Assembly: GCA_021810205.1 (NCBI GenBank)
Contig: JAJZJC010000001.1
Location: 8,533-72,532, forward strand
Direction: 5' to 3'
Source: Actinomycetes bacterium
Lineage (GTDB): Bacteria > Actinomycetota > Acidimicrobiia > Acidimicrobiales > RAAP-2
DNA: 64,000 nt
Shown here one piece after another: positions 52,220-60,372 of the stretch (position 1 is its first letter; each line of letters starts with the position of its first letter). The notes under the pieces were generated by a model that was given only the letters and a program-made list of their open reading frames with translations, did no database searches and had not been told where the DNA came from. Made by a program: the position numbers and the translations under genes.

Positions 52220-53350
52220 CTACACCAAGACCAGCGCAGGGTCGTCCGGCCGGGCTCTTGCAGATAGCTCCCGTCCCTCCACCACCGCTCGGTAGGACGC
52301 CTCGTAGCCCTCGACCATGCGGGCGTTGTCGAATAGCTCGGCACGGGCTCGGCAGCGCCGGCGGTCCAGCAGGGCGACGGCATCAATCGCCCGAACGAGC
52401 CCCTCTTCATCGTCAACGACGAACCCACTCTCACCGTCGGCGACGATCTCGGGAACGCTCCCGCGGCGAAGGGCGACGACCGGAGTCCCGCATGCCATCG
52501 CCTCCACCATCACGAGACCGAACGGCTCGTCCCACTGCACCGGGAAGAGGAGCGCCTCTGCCCCGGCGAGAAGCTCCCGCTTGGTGGCGGCGTCCGCCTC
52601 TCCCACGTACTCGACGCACCCTCCGAGTCGTGGCGCGACCGCGTCGGCGAAGTACGCCCGCTCGGCAGGCTCGTTGAGCTTGCCTGCGAGAAGAAGCCGG
52701 CGCCCAGCGACGCTGGCGGCATCGATCGCCAGGTGTGCACCTTTGTCGGGGCTGAAGCGGCCGAGGAAAAGCAGATAGCCCCCATCGCCCTTCCCCAGGG
52801 GGAACGAAGCGACGTCGATGCCGTTGTGCACGGTGGTGAGCCAGTTCACCTCGGGACGCAGCCGCCGCTGCGCCTGCGAGATGGCGACGACGTCGACAGA
52901 GTGGTCGAGGGCAACGAGGTAGTCACCGGCTTCGCCGCTCACCGGACCGTGCGCGGTCACGACCGTCGGGAGGGACCTGCCCCGGGCGAGAAGCGGTCCG
53001 GCGAGGGTGTGGTCGTGGACAAGATCGAGCTCCTCGCGCTCGAAGAGCGCGGCGGCTACGGCAGCGTGGAGCACCTCGGGCATCGGCTCGCCAAGGCGCG
53101 CAGAGGGAGGATCGGAGAAGACGGCGTGGAAGCGCTGCGCGGCCGTCTTGGGCTCCCCGGCGCCGACAAGCACCACGTGGTGGCCACGGGCGACGAGCCC
53201 ATCTACGAGCCCGGCCACCATCGCTTCGATTCCGCCATAGCCCGATGGGGGAACGGCGTACCAGGGGGGCGCGACCATGCCAATGCGAAGGGGCCGCTCG
53301 GCGGCTGCCGGCGGTCGACCGTCAAGACTTCCTGGTGACACCGCCACCAT
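52220..53350 (-). CDS. GT4-family glycosyltransferase
   Basis: RIGMVAPPWYAVPPSGYGGIE, FLGRFSPDKG and EPFGLVMVEAMACGTPVV (E-x7-E region). The exact start is uncertain. Confidence 0.85.
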   Translation of the reverse strand: MVAVSPGSLDGRPPAAAERPLRIGMVAPPWYAVPPSGYGGIEAMVAGLVDGLVARGHHVVLVGAGEPKTAAQRFHAVFSDPPSARLGEPMPEVLHAAVAAALFEREELDLVHDHTLAGPLLARGRSLPTVVTAHGPVSGEAGDYLVALDHSVDVVAISQAQRRLRPEVNWLTTVHNGIDVASFPLGKGDGGYLLFLGRFSPDKGAHLAIDAASVAGRRLLLAGKLNEPAERAYFADAVAPRLGGCVEYVGEADAATKRELLAGAEALLFPVQWDEPFGLVMVEAMACGTPVVALRRGSVPEIVADGESGFVVDDEEGLVRAIDAVALLDRRRCRARAELFDNARMVEGYEASYRAVVEGRELSARARPDDPALVLV

Positions 53351-53477
53351 TGCTTCCTTCCTTTCTGCCTTCCTTTCTCCTTCGAGTGACGTCGCTGGTT
53401 GCTTCCAGCGACGTCGTTCGCCGCGACGAAGGTCGTGGCCGTGCCAGCTCCCAGCGACTCGTCGAGCGCCTTGTCGC

Positions 53478-53852
53478 CTATCGACGCTTTCGAGCCGTCC
53501 GCAGCGCCTCTTCGAGCTCGACCACCCTGTCTTTCAGCTCGAAGACGTGACGGACTCCCGCGACGCTCACTCCGTCGCGCATGAGGGCACGCGCGTCGAG
53601 GAGGCGTCGGATGTCGGCCCTGCTGTACCGGCGGTGGTCTCCCCCACTGCGAGTGGGGCTCACCACCCCCATCGAGTCGAGGCGACGCAGGAATCCCGGC
53701 TGGACCCCCACGAGCTCGGACACCTGCCCCACGCTGAACATCGGCGCCTGCTCGTCGTCGAGAACGGCGTCCAGCTCGGCCATCTCAGCGCCGTCAGAGA
53801 CGCCAAAGGCGCCGGCTCGGTCGCCTCCACGAGTCGTCCCCGCAGCTCTCAC
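53478..53852 (-). CDS. MerR-family regulator, HspR-like
   Basis: MFSVGQVSELVGVQPGFLRRLDSMGVVSPTRSGGDHRRYSRADIRRL is a MerR HTH of the HspR subtype. The GTG at 53852 follows GGAGGGAG. Confidence 0.75.
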   Translation of the reverse strand: MRAAGTTRGGDRAGAFGVSDGAEMAELDAVLDDEQAPMFSVGQVSELVGVQPGFLRRLDSMGVVSPTRSGGDHRRYSRADIRRLLDARALMRDGVSVAGVRHVFELKDRVVELEEALRTARKRR

Positions 53853-53909
53853 GTTCTCCCTCCGCTGGGTGTCCAAAGTTACGACTCCAATAGTAGCTAT
53901 TCTGTCACT

Positions 53910-56102
53910 GTGATCGCACAGCGGTCGTCGGACATCCCGGACTCGACGGCGGGCCATCCCCTTGCACATAGCGACGCGCGCCAGCGGGCAGGCTCGGGCT
54001 TCGGCGCCGAGTCCTCAGAGCGGGGCGGCCAGATCCTCGTCGAAGGGACTTCGTTCTCCGTCAGCGGGCCCGGTGGCGACATGGACGGTCCGGCCGAGGG
54101 ACTCTTCGTCCGTGACGCCAGGATCATCTCGCGCTGGCGCCTTCGCGTCGATGGAGCCCCGCTCGATCCGCTCGGCGGCTACACGGCGGAGCCGTTTGCA
54201 GGCACCTTCATGGCCCGCAGCCGCCTGCGAGACGGCCATGTCGAGCCGACCGTGCTCGTCGAGCGTCGTCGCTACGTCGCAAGCGGGATGCGAGAGGACC
54301 TCTGCGTGCACAACTACGGGAACGAGCCGGCAGGACTGACCCTCAGCCTCGAAGTTGGCGCGGACTTCGCCGACCTCTTCGCAGTGAAGGCGGGGCGATC
54401 AGCGGAGGCAGCGCCGGTCGCCGTCGTCGCCGGCGTCGAAGTCTGGTCGGCCTCGGCCCGCTACGGCCAGAACGAGAGGGCCGTGCACGTGCTCGCCCCT
54501 GGGGCCACCGTGGCAACCGACTCCCTCTTCTACAAAGTAGTGGTCCCGGCGCACGGCCAATGGCGAACGTCGATCGCCGTGGTGGCAGCGATAGACGGCG
54601 AAGAGATGCCCATGCGCTTCCCGCTCGGAGTGCCGGTCGACCAAGCGTCGCCGTCGCGCGAGATCGCCGAGCGGCATCGGACGAGCCCGACGCTCCGCTC
54701 GGACTCATTGCCCTTGACCCTGACGATCGCTCGTAGCAGGGAAGACCTGGCCGCCCTCCGCCTCTCGGACCCCGCGGAGCCAGGTCTCGACGTGGTCGCA
54801 GCAGGCGCGCCCTGGTTCATGGCACTCTTCGGGCGAGACTCGCTCGTCACGAGCTCGCTCGGTCTCGCCCTCGATCCCGACCTCGCCCTCGGCACGTTGC
54901 GCGCGCTCGCCCGCCATCAAGGAAGGGCCATCGACCCGATGAGCGAGGAGGAGCCAGGCCGCATCCTCCACGAGCTGCGGTTCGGCACCGACGTGTCGCT
55001 CGCCCTAGGCGGCGCTGAGCGCTATTTCGGCTCCGTCGACGCGACGCCCCTCTTCGTGATCGTGCTTGGGCAGCTCGCTCGCTGGGGGGCCGCCCCCGAC
55101 GTCGTCGACGAGCTCTTGCCCGCCGCCGACGCGGCGCTCCGCTGGATCGAGGACTACGGCGACAAGGATGGCGACGGCTACGTCGAGTACCTACGCTCGA
55201 CCGACCGCGGACTGCGGAACCAAGGATGGAAGGACTCGGCCGACGGCATCAACTATGCCGATGGCACCGTCGCCCACCCGCCCATCGCCCTCGTCGAGGT
55301 TCAGGCCTACGTCTACGCGGCCTACGCAGCGCGTGCGGAGCTCGCCCAGCGCCGCGGCGATGCCGAGAGCGCCTCCTACTGGAAAGAGCGTGCCATCTCG
55401 TTCAAACGCCGCTTCAACGAGGACTTCTGGCTCGCCGACCGAGGCTTCTTCGCCGTCGGCCTCGATGCGGAGAAGCGCCCGATCGACGCACTGGCGTCGA
55501 ACATGGGCCACGCGCTTTGGGCAAACGCTGTCGAGCCCGAAAAGGCGACGCTCGTGGCAGAGCGCCTCCTGTCGCCCGAGCTATTCAGCGGCTACGGCAT
55601 CCGCACGCTCGCGACCACCATGGGTGCCTACAACCCGGCGAGCTACCACAACGGCTCGGTGTGGCCTCACGACACGGCCCTGTGTGCAGCAGGCCTCCGT
55701 CGCTACGGCTTCGTGCGCCACGCTCAGCTGGTGGCGGTGGGCTTGCTCGAGGCGGCCGCCTACTTCTCGGGACGGCTACCCGAGCTCTTCTGCGGGTTCG
55801 GCAAGGAGGAGGTCCCTGGCCCCGTGCCCTATCCGGCTGCGGGCTCCCCCCAGGCGTGGGCGTCGGCCGCACCCGTTGGCGTCCTCAGCGCGCTCCTTGG
55901 CATCGACCCCGACGTCCCACAGCGGACTGTCCGGTTTGCACCCGCGCTCCCTTCCGAGTGGGGAGCCGTCGAGCTCGACGACATCCCGCTCGGCAGCGAG
56001 CGCCTGAGCGTCGTAGTGCGCGACGACGGTAGGTTCTCGTGGACCGGGGCACAAGGTCTTTCAGTTGCAGTCGACGAGAGCCGCGTGCTCGCGACCTCCT
56101 GA
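53910..56102 (+). CDS. Glycogen debranching enzyme-type protein (GDE_N_bis plus amylo-alpha-1,6-glucosidase domains)
   Basis: EGLFVRDARIISRW.L.VDG, GAPWFMALFGRDSL, GRILHELR, GYVEY....GL.NQGWKDS, EVQAYVY and YHNGSVWPHDT. The start (GTG 53910) is tentative. Confidence 0.8.
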   Translation: MIAQRSSDIPDSTAGHPLAHSDARQRAGSGFGAESSERGGQILVEGTSFSVSGPGGDMDGPAEGLFVRDARIISRWRLRVDGAPLDPLGGYTAEPFAGTFMARSRLRDGHVEPTVLVERRRYVASGMREDLCVHNYGNEPAGLTLSLEVGADFADLFAVKAGRSAEAAPVAVVAGVEVWSASARYGQNERAVHVLAPGATVATDSLFYKVVVPAHGQWRTSIAVVAAIDGEEMPMRFPLGVPVDQASPSREIAERHRTSPTLRSDSLPLTLTIARSREDLAALRLSDPAEPGLDVVAAGAPWFMALFGRDSLVTSSLGLALDPDLALGTLRALARHQGRAIDPMSEEEPGRILHELRFGTDVSLALGGAERYFGSVDATPLFVIVLGQLARWGAAPDVVDELLPAADAALRWIEDYGDKDGDGYVEYLRSTDRGLRNQGWKDSADGINYADGTVAHPPIALVEVQAYVYAAYAARAELAQRRGDAESASYWKERAISFKRRFNEDFWLADRGFFAVGLDAEKRPIDALASNMGHALWANAVEPEKATLVAERLLSPELFSGYGIRTLATTMGAYNPASYHNGSVWPHDTALCAAGLRRYGFVRHAQLVAVGLLEAAAYFSGRLPELFCGFGKEEVPGPVPYPAAGSPQAWASAAPVGVLSALLGIDPDVPQRTVRFAPALPSEWGAVELDDIPLGSERLSVVVRDDGRFSWTGAQGLSVAVDESRVLATS

Positions 56103-56193
56103 CAACACACAAGAGGCGTTCGGGCGGGCGACCTTCACAGCCGCCCGCCCGAGGAGCGTTGCTGAGGTTCCTGCCGGGAAACCGCGGCAAGCA

Positions 56194-56622
56194 CTACGAA
56201 ACCGCGGCAAGCTCCTTCTGTCGGTCACCTGAGGTGATCTCCACCTTGCGAGGCTTCGCCGCCTCGTGGACGGGGATGGTGAGGGCGAGAACGCCGTCGC
56301 TGTAGCTGGCCTCGATGCGGTCGGCGTCAAGCGTGTCGCCGAGGAACAGCTGCCGGGTGAAGGTTCCCGACGGGCGCTCGGCGACGATCGTCTCTACGCC
56401 GTCTTGACCCACAGGGGACCGCTCAGCTTTCACCGTGAGGACGTTCTTCTCGACCGTGAGATCGATCGAGTCGCGGTCCACCCCTGGGAGGTCGAAGTGC
56501 ACGAAGAACTGGTCGCCCTTTCTGAAGGCGTCCATCGGCATCACGCTCGGTCGGCCAGCGGCTCCGAAGACCTGCTGGGTCAGTCGATCGAGCTCACGAA
56601 AGGGATCGGTGCGCATCAGCAT
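56194..56622 (-). CDS. Hsp20/alpha-crystallin small heat-shock protein
   Basis: PMDAFR.GD.F.V.FDLPGV....IDLTVE.NVLTV.AER ... F.R...LG..LD...I.A.Y.DGVL.L.IPV. AAAGGAGGAG lies upstream of the ATG at 56622. Confidence 0.9.
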   Translation of the reverse strand: MLMRTDPFRELDRLTQQVFGAAGRPSVMPMDAFRKGDQFFVHFDLPGVDRDSIDLTVEKNVLTVKAERSPVGQDGVETIVAERPSGTFTRQLFLGDTLDADRIEASYSDGVLALTIPVHEAAKPRKVEITSGDRQKELAAVS

Positions 56623-56660
56623 CTTGGCTCCTCCTTTCATCGAAAGAGCTGGCGCAGCAC

Positions 56661-56690
56661 TGCCCAACTTGCATGCCCAACTTGCATGCC
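56661..56690. repeat. 13-bp tandem repeat, about 2.3 copies, in the hsp20 / J-protein divergent region
   Basis: TGCCCAACTTGCA x2 plus TGCC, which gives GCATGC-N7-GCATGC. Confidence 0.85.
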
Positions 56691-56791
56691 TCTCCTCACA
56701 GCGCCCTTGCGAGCGCTGTCTCGGTGACTATGATAGGCACAAGGAAGGAAATCTGTCAATCGTCACTTAGATCATCTGTGAAACGTTCGGC

Positions 56792-57277
56792 ATGGGCTCC
56801 AACCGCACCAACGACTACTACACCCGCCTCGAGGTGGACCGGCGCGCCTCCCGTGACGATATCGTCGGCGCCTACCGGCGCCTCGTGATGGGTGTTCACC
56901 CCGACTCCCACCCAGAAGACCCCGACGCCGTCACCCGCTTCCGGGAGATCACCGAGGCCTATGAGGTCTTGGGCGATCCGAAGCGCCGCGCCGCCTACGA
57001 CCGCCAACTTGGGCGTACTCGAATCGAGGTGCAGGTACACGACGTCTCGCGCGCTGACGCCAGCGGGATAGGAGGGGGCGCGCGTCGCCTCCACGAGGGC
57101 GCACCCGTCTATTTGGACACGTCGCGACCTCGGCGTCGCGGGGTCCCTCTGGGCGTCTGGCCGGCGGAGCACGAGCACGTCGGCGGACAGCCATACGAAG
57201 CTTCAACTCCAGACCGCTGGCTCTCCGAGGTCTCGGACCTCCTGCGCTGGATCACCGAGTCATGGTGGGAAATCTGA
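56792..57277 (+). CDS. J-domain protein without the Zn-finger or C-terminal DnaJ domains
   Basis: DYYTRLEVDRRASRDDIVGAYRRLVMGVHPDSHPEDPDAVTRFREITEAYEVLGDPKRRAAYD is a J domain with the HPD motif. The remaining ~90 aa are unrelated to DnaJ. Confidence 0.8.
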   Translation: MGSNRTNDYYTRLEVDRRASRDDIVGAYRRLVMGVHPDSHPEDPDAVTRFREITEAYEVLGDPKRRAAYDRQLGRTRIEVQVHDVSRADASGIGGGARRLHEGAPVYLDTSRPRRRGVPLGVWPAEHEHVGGQPYEASTPDRWLSEVSDLLRWITESWWEI

Positions 57278-57597
57278 TGGAGTGGCCCGAAACCAGCCAC
57301 GGCGTCTTCGCTATCTCGGTCGCGGCCGAGCTGGCGGGTGTCCACCCCCAGACGCTGCGCATCTACGAGCGCGAAGGACTGGTCCAGCCAGCGCGCAGCG
57401 AGGGTGGCACCCGTCGCTACAGCGGCGAAGACGTCGAACGCCTGCGCCTCATCGCCGCGCTCACGGGGGACGGGCTCAACATCGCCGGGGTGAAAAAAGT
57501 CTTGGCCCTCCAACAAGAGCTCGCCAAGCTACGGGCCACGGTCGAGCACCTCGAGGAAGAGCTCGCACGAAGTCGCTCGAGGGCGCACACTCGGTAG
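57277..57597 (+). CDS. hspR: HspR heat-shock repressor (MerR family)
   Basis: VFAISVAAELAGVHPQTLRIYEREGLVQPARSEGGTRRYSGEDVERLRLI matches HspR. The ATG overlaps the J-protein stop (TGATG). Confidence 0.85.
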   Translation: MEWPETSHGVFAISVAAELAGVHPQTLRIYEREGLVQPARSEGGTRRYSGEDVERLRLIAALTGDGLNIAGVKKVLALQQELAKLRATVEHLEEELARSRSRAHTR

Positions 57598-57603
57598 GCC
57601 GAG

Positions 57604-58116
57604 ATGTCGGGGCAAGAGCAAACCACAGCTTTCACCGAGGAACAACGAAGCGGTCTTCGCGCCCGCCAGGTCGACCAGGACCGAACCCTTTCAGCCATGC
57701 ACCGCCTCGAGGCGGCCCTTGCCGATGCTGCCCCACGAAGAGAGGGACCCTGGCTCGACGCCGTCTTGGGCGCCCTCGGCGAGTTGCAGGCCGTTACCGC
57801 CGAGGAGATCGCCAACGCCGAGCGCCCCGACAGCCTCCTCTCCGATCTCTCCCGCAGCCAGCCGCGGATGCGCAACCGCGCCCGGGCCCTCCGCCTCCAG
57901 TACGTCAAGCTGCGCGAGACGATCTCGGGCCTTCGCCAAGAGCTCAGCGCACACGGTGACGACGTCGACTTCGCTGACGTCCGCCAGCGTCTCGGCTGGG
58001 TGCTCACCGCTCTCCGTCACCAACGAGCGAGGGAGTCCGACCTCATCTACGAGGCGTACTACGACGCCTTCAGGCTCGAGCTCCGCCACGCCGAGCCAGG
58101 GACCGGAACGCCATGA
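57604..58116 (+). CDS. Hypothetical all-helical protein
   Basis: An ORF with good third-position GC lying 6 nt after hspR. I recognise no family. Confidence 0.6.
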   Translation: MSGQEQTTAFTEEQRSGLRARQVDQDRTLSAMHRLEAALADAAPRREGPWLDAVLGALGELQAVTAEEIANAERPDSLLSDLSRSQPRMRNRARALRLQYVKLRETISGLRQELSAHGDDVDFADVRQRLGWVLTALRHQRARESDLIYEAYYDAFRLELRHAEPGTGTP

Positions 58117-58155
58117 AAGCAATGCGGATTCAGTTTCGAACCACACCAAGGGCGT

Positions 58156-58174
58156 CGCGAGTTCTCGCGTTTTT
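58156..58174 (+). terminator. Intrinsic terminator after the hspR-linked unit
   Basis: CGCGA-GTTC-TCGCG followed by TTTTT, 40 nt after the 58116 stop. Confidence 0.55.
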
Positions 58175-58188
58175 CCTGATGAAAGGGC

Positions 58189-58217
58189 TTGCACGACGCG
58201 GTGTCAGTGGATATCAA
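58189..58217 (+). promoter_or_regulatory. Sigma-70-like promoter candidate (TTGCAC-N17-TATCAA)
   Basis: -35 TTGCAC at 58189-58194, a 17-nt spacer, and -10 TATCAA at 58212-58217, about 60 nt upstream of a strong-SD mini-ORF. Confidence 0.35.
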
Positions 58218-58276
58218 TTGCTCGTAGACGCACGTCCATCGACGGAGGAAGCAACCTCTTGAAGGAGGTTTCCGCC

Positions 58277-58312
58277 ATGACCCGAGTTGCCATCGAGCGT
58301 GCTCCGCCTTAG
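58277..58312 (+). CDS. 11-codon mini-ORF (MTRVAIERAPP-stop) with a strong Shine-Dalgarno; candidate leader or arrest peptide
   Basis: GAAGGAGG lies 8 nt upstream of the ATG. The peptide ends Pro-Pro-TAG. Confidence 0.3.
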   Translation: MTRVAIERAPP

Positions 58313-58539
58313 GACTTCGGGGATGCCGGGTCACCGGCCAGAGAAGCTCTTCGGTCCCATCGCTTTGCGCCTTTCAGCCAGAAACGGCGAGAGGGAGTCG
58401 AGTGCAGCCGCAGGGAGGAGGTGAACGAACGTCGCCAGGAGGGTCCTGGCAGGGCGCTTCTCGGCTCCGTACCGCGTTTCTCCAACCACGCAGGGTGGGC
58501 GATGGCGTCTGAAGGGCGAAAACAACTGAATAATCGTTC

Positions 58540-58568
58540 GAAACGGGGACCCAGCGGGTCCCCGTTTC
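58540..58568. other. Perfect 13-bp-stem hairpin (GAAACGGGGACCC-AGC-GGGTCCCCGTTTC)
   Basis: Read directly from the sequence. On the minus strand it is followed by a T-rich tract (GAACGATTATTCAGTTGTTTTCG); on the plus strand there is no T-run. Confidence 0.6.
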
Positions 58569-58762
58569 CTCTGTGGGCTCCTGACCGTTGCTCTACCGCT
58601 CCTGTGCCGCACTGGCCTCTTGCGCGATAGATCGACGATGGCGGATATCGGCGCGACAAATGACGGTCCACGCGCTGGCACTCACCGATCGGGAGTGCTA
58701 ACAATTCGAATCAGCGGCAACGCCCTGTCGAAAAGGAGGACATCGAGCGCGGGAGGTTCCCG

Positions 58763-59272
58763 ATGACGATCACGTCGCCACTCACCCCCTCGCAAGAGGC
58801 AGAGAGCCCGGTCGACGCGGCTGGCTCCAACATCGAAACCGAACCTGGAACCATCGACGTCAGCTGGTTGGACAACGCCCTGCGCGACGCACGGCGCCCA
58901 AGGCCGATGGCAGTCCGGGAGGCCGCCCGAAGACGCCCGTGGTGGAAGATCCTTGTTGCGGTGGTCGTCTTGTGCGCCTGTGGGGCGATCGGTGCGATCG
59001 TGAACGCTGCCGGCCCCGGCCCACGAGGACAGGCAAACGAGCATCGGGCCGCGCCGTCCGCCGTTCACCGCGAACCCGAGTCCGCTGGTCCGGCATACCC
59101 GAGCTCTTCGGCGTTCGTCAGTTGTCCGTTCTCACTGCTCTCGCATACAGCAGCTCGTGGCGGGACCGCCAACTCGCTCGACCCACTGTCGTGCACAGAC
59201 ACTTGGCCTGCGCTGACCCCCGTCTCGCCGCCCGCTGGGACGCAGACCCCCCACCCGAGGAGGCCCCGATGA
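58763..59272 (+). CDS. Hypothetical single-pass membrane protein
   Basis: GGGAGG lies upstream of the ATG. TM segment WWKILVAVVVLCACGAIGAIV, and a Cys-containing C-terminal region. Confidence 0.5.
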   Translation: MTITSPLTPSQEAESPVDAAGSNIETEPGTIDVSWLDNALRDARRPRPMAVREAARRRPWWKILVAVVVLCACGAIGAIVNAAGPGPRGQANEHRAAPSAVHREPESAGPAYPSSSAFVSCPFSLLSHTAARGGTANSLDPLSCTDTWPALTPVSPPAGTQTPHPRRPR

Positions 59273-59622
59273 ACGGGGTCACCCTGTTGCTTGGGCTCGC
59301 AGCTGTGTCGACCTGCGTCGCTCTCGTCCGGGTGTTCGCCGGCATCACTCGAAGCAAACGAGAACCAAGGACCGAAAGACGGATCTCCGAGCCGCGCTCC
59401 CTCGTCACCGTGCTCCGCAGCAGCGCGGAGCTCGAGGCCGCGGTCGACCGTGCCCTCCGGTTCGAGGCCCCAGCCGGCGAACTGCTCCGACGACGAGTCG
59501 AGCGATATGCCGCCACCGCGAGTTCGCGCTCCGTGTCCGGTGCCGTCCTCGACTTCCCGACGTGGTCCGAACCGGGCGCGCAAAGCGATGCGGGCGCGGG
59601 CAGTGGCCGACGAAGCGCGTGA
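59269..59622 (+). CDS. Hypothetical protein with an N-terminal TM helix
   Basis: The ATG overlaps the upstream stop (ATGA) and is preceded by GAGGAGG. TM segment VTLLLGLAAVSTCVALVRVFAG. Confidence 0.5.
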   Translation: MNGVTLLLGLAAVSTCVALVRVFAGITRSKREPRTERRISEPRSLVTVLRSSAELEAAVDRALRFEAPAGELLRRRVERYAATASSRSVSGAVLDFPTWSEPGAQSDAGAGSGRRSA

Positions 59623-59639
59623 GCCCGCGGTCGCCCCAA

Positions 59640-59957
59640 GATGGGGCCGACTGGGGAGCCGACGATACGACGATGCCGAAGAGATCCTCGAGGCCCAGTG
59701 CAGCTGCCATCACCCCGACAATGGCCGCCACCTCGAGCGGGGTAAGAAGACCGGTTGCCACCAAGACGTCACCCACCACCTCGGCCATCCCTGCCGCGAG
59801 CGCGTAGGGACGGCCCGGGCCGAAGTCCGATCCCCTCGAACAAGCGGCCCGTTGCGGTGATACCGCCGCCGGAAGATCAGCCGAGCAGCATCTGGATCCC
59901 GTGCGCCGCAGCGACCAGGGCGACCGCCGGGCGCAGGATGAGGATGCCAAGTGCCAT
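59640..59957 (-). pseudogene. DoxX-family membrane protein pseudogene (nonsense plus frameshift plus 3' truncation)
   Basis: AAGGAGG-N7-ATG at 59957, then MALGILILRPAVALVAAAHGIQMLLG[TGA 59879-59877]SSGGGITATGRLFEGIGLRPG. The frame then shifts (about 59812-59820) to RPYALAAGMAEVVGDVLVATGLLTPLEVAAIVGVM. The TGA sits where DoxX proteins have Trp (KLFGWFGG). Confidence 0.6.
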
Positions 59958-60372
59958 CTTCAACCTCCTTGTTGCCACGGTTCGGTCAATGCCGTGCGCC
60001 ACGAACCACTACTCGGTGCTGCCAACCGGCACAACGGCGAGGGGCGCCTTCTTGTTCCCGGCGCGCCATCACTTTCGTTCCACGCGCCGCGCCATCTCAT
60101 CGTGAGCGCCTTCATGACTCGGTGATAACGGCCGCTCCCGCGGCGGTACCACGACGTGCGAAACCGCGATACATTCGGGGCTTCGCTGGTTGAGCCTGCA
60201 GCCGGCCATGCCAGGGCGTGCTGTGCGCTCATCGAGAACGGCCATCGCAGGTTTTCACGCGCACAAGATCTCCGGTCTGTTGCTCGCGCGTATCGCGCGG
60301 GTACCGTCCGCACCTCGTCGCCCGCCCGCATTCTGTTCGGTTCAATTTCCTGCGGAGGAGGACGAACGCCTA

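Noticed and set aside
53277-53909. N-terminal 210 codons of the 941-aa ORF as part of the debranching enzyme.
   Set aside because: This part overlaps the convincingly coded HspR-like gene (53478..53852) on the opposite strand and reads as low-complexity sequence. Homology to GDE starts only after about 53990, so the start was moved to GTG 53910 (tentative).
56178-56212. 15-bp direct repeat GAAACCGCGGCAAGC x2 (20-bp period) at the hsp20 stop.
   Set aside because: It is real but appears to be a simple duplication of the gene's own last codons (ELAAVS-stop) into the 3' flank. No separate function is inferable, so it is counted only within the general tandem-repeat observation.
56623-56791. Canonical HspR operator (HAIR, CTTGAGT-N7-ACTCAAG) in the hsp20 / J-protein control region.
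   Set aside because: No match closer than CTTGCAT-type half sites. Only the GCATGC-N7-GCATGC repeat is present, and it is reported as a hypothesis instead.
59877-59879. A second in-frame TGA (in DoxX) as possible selenocysteine or Trp recoding.
   Set aside because: The TGA aligns with a conserved Trp (TGG to TGA), not Cys. The gene also has a frameshift and a truncated 3' end. TGA is used as a normal stop in many coupled genes in this window.
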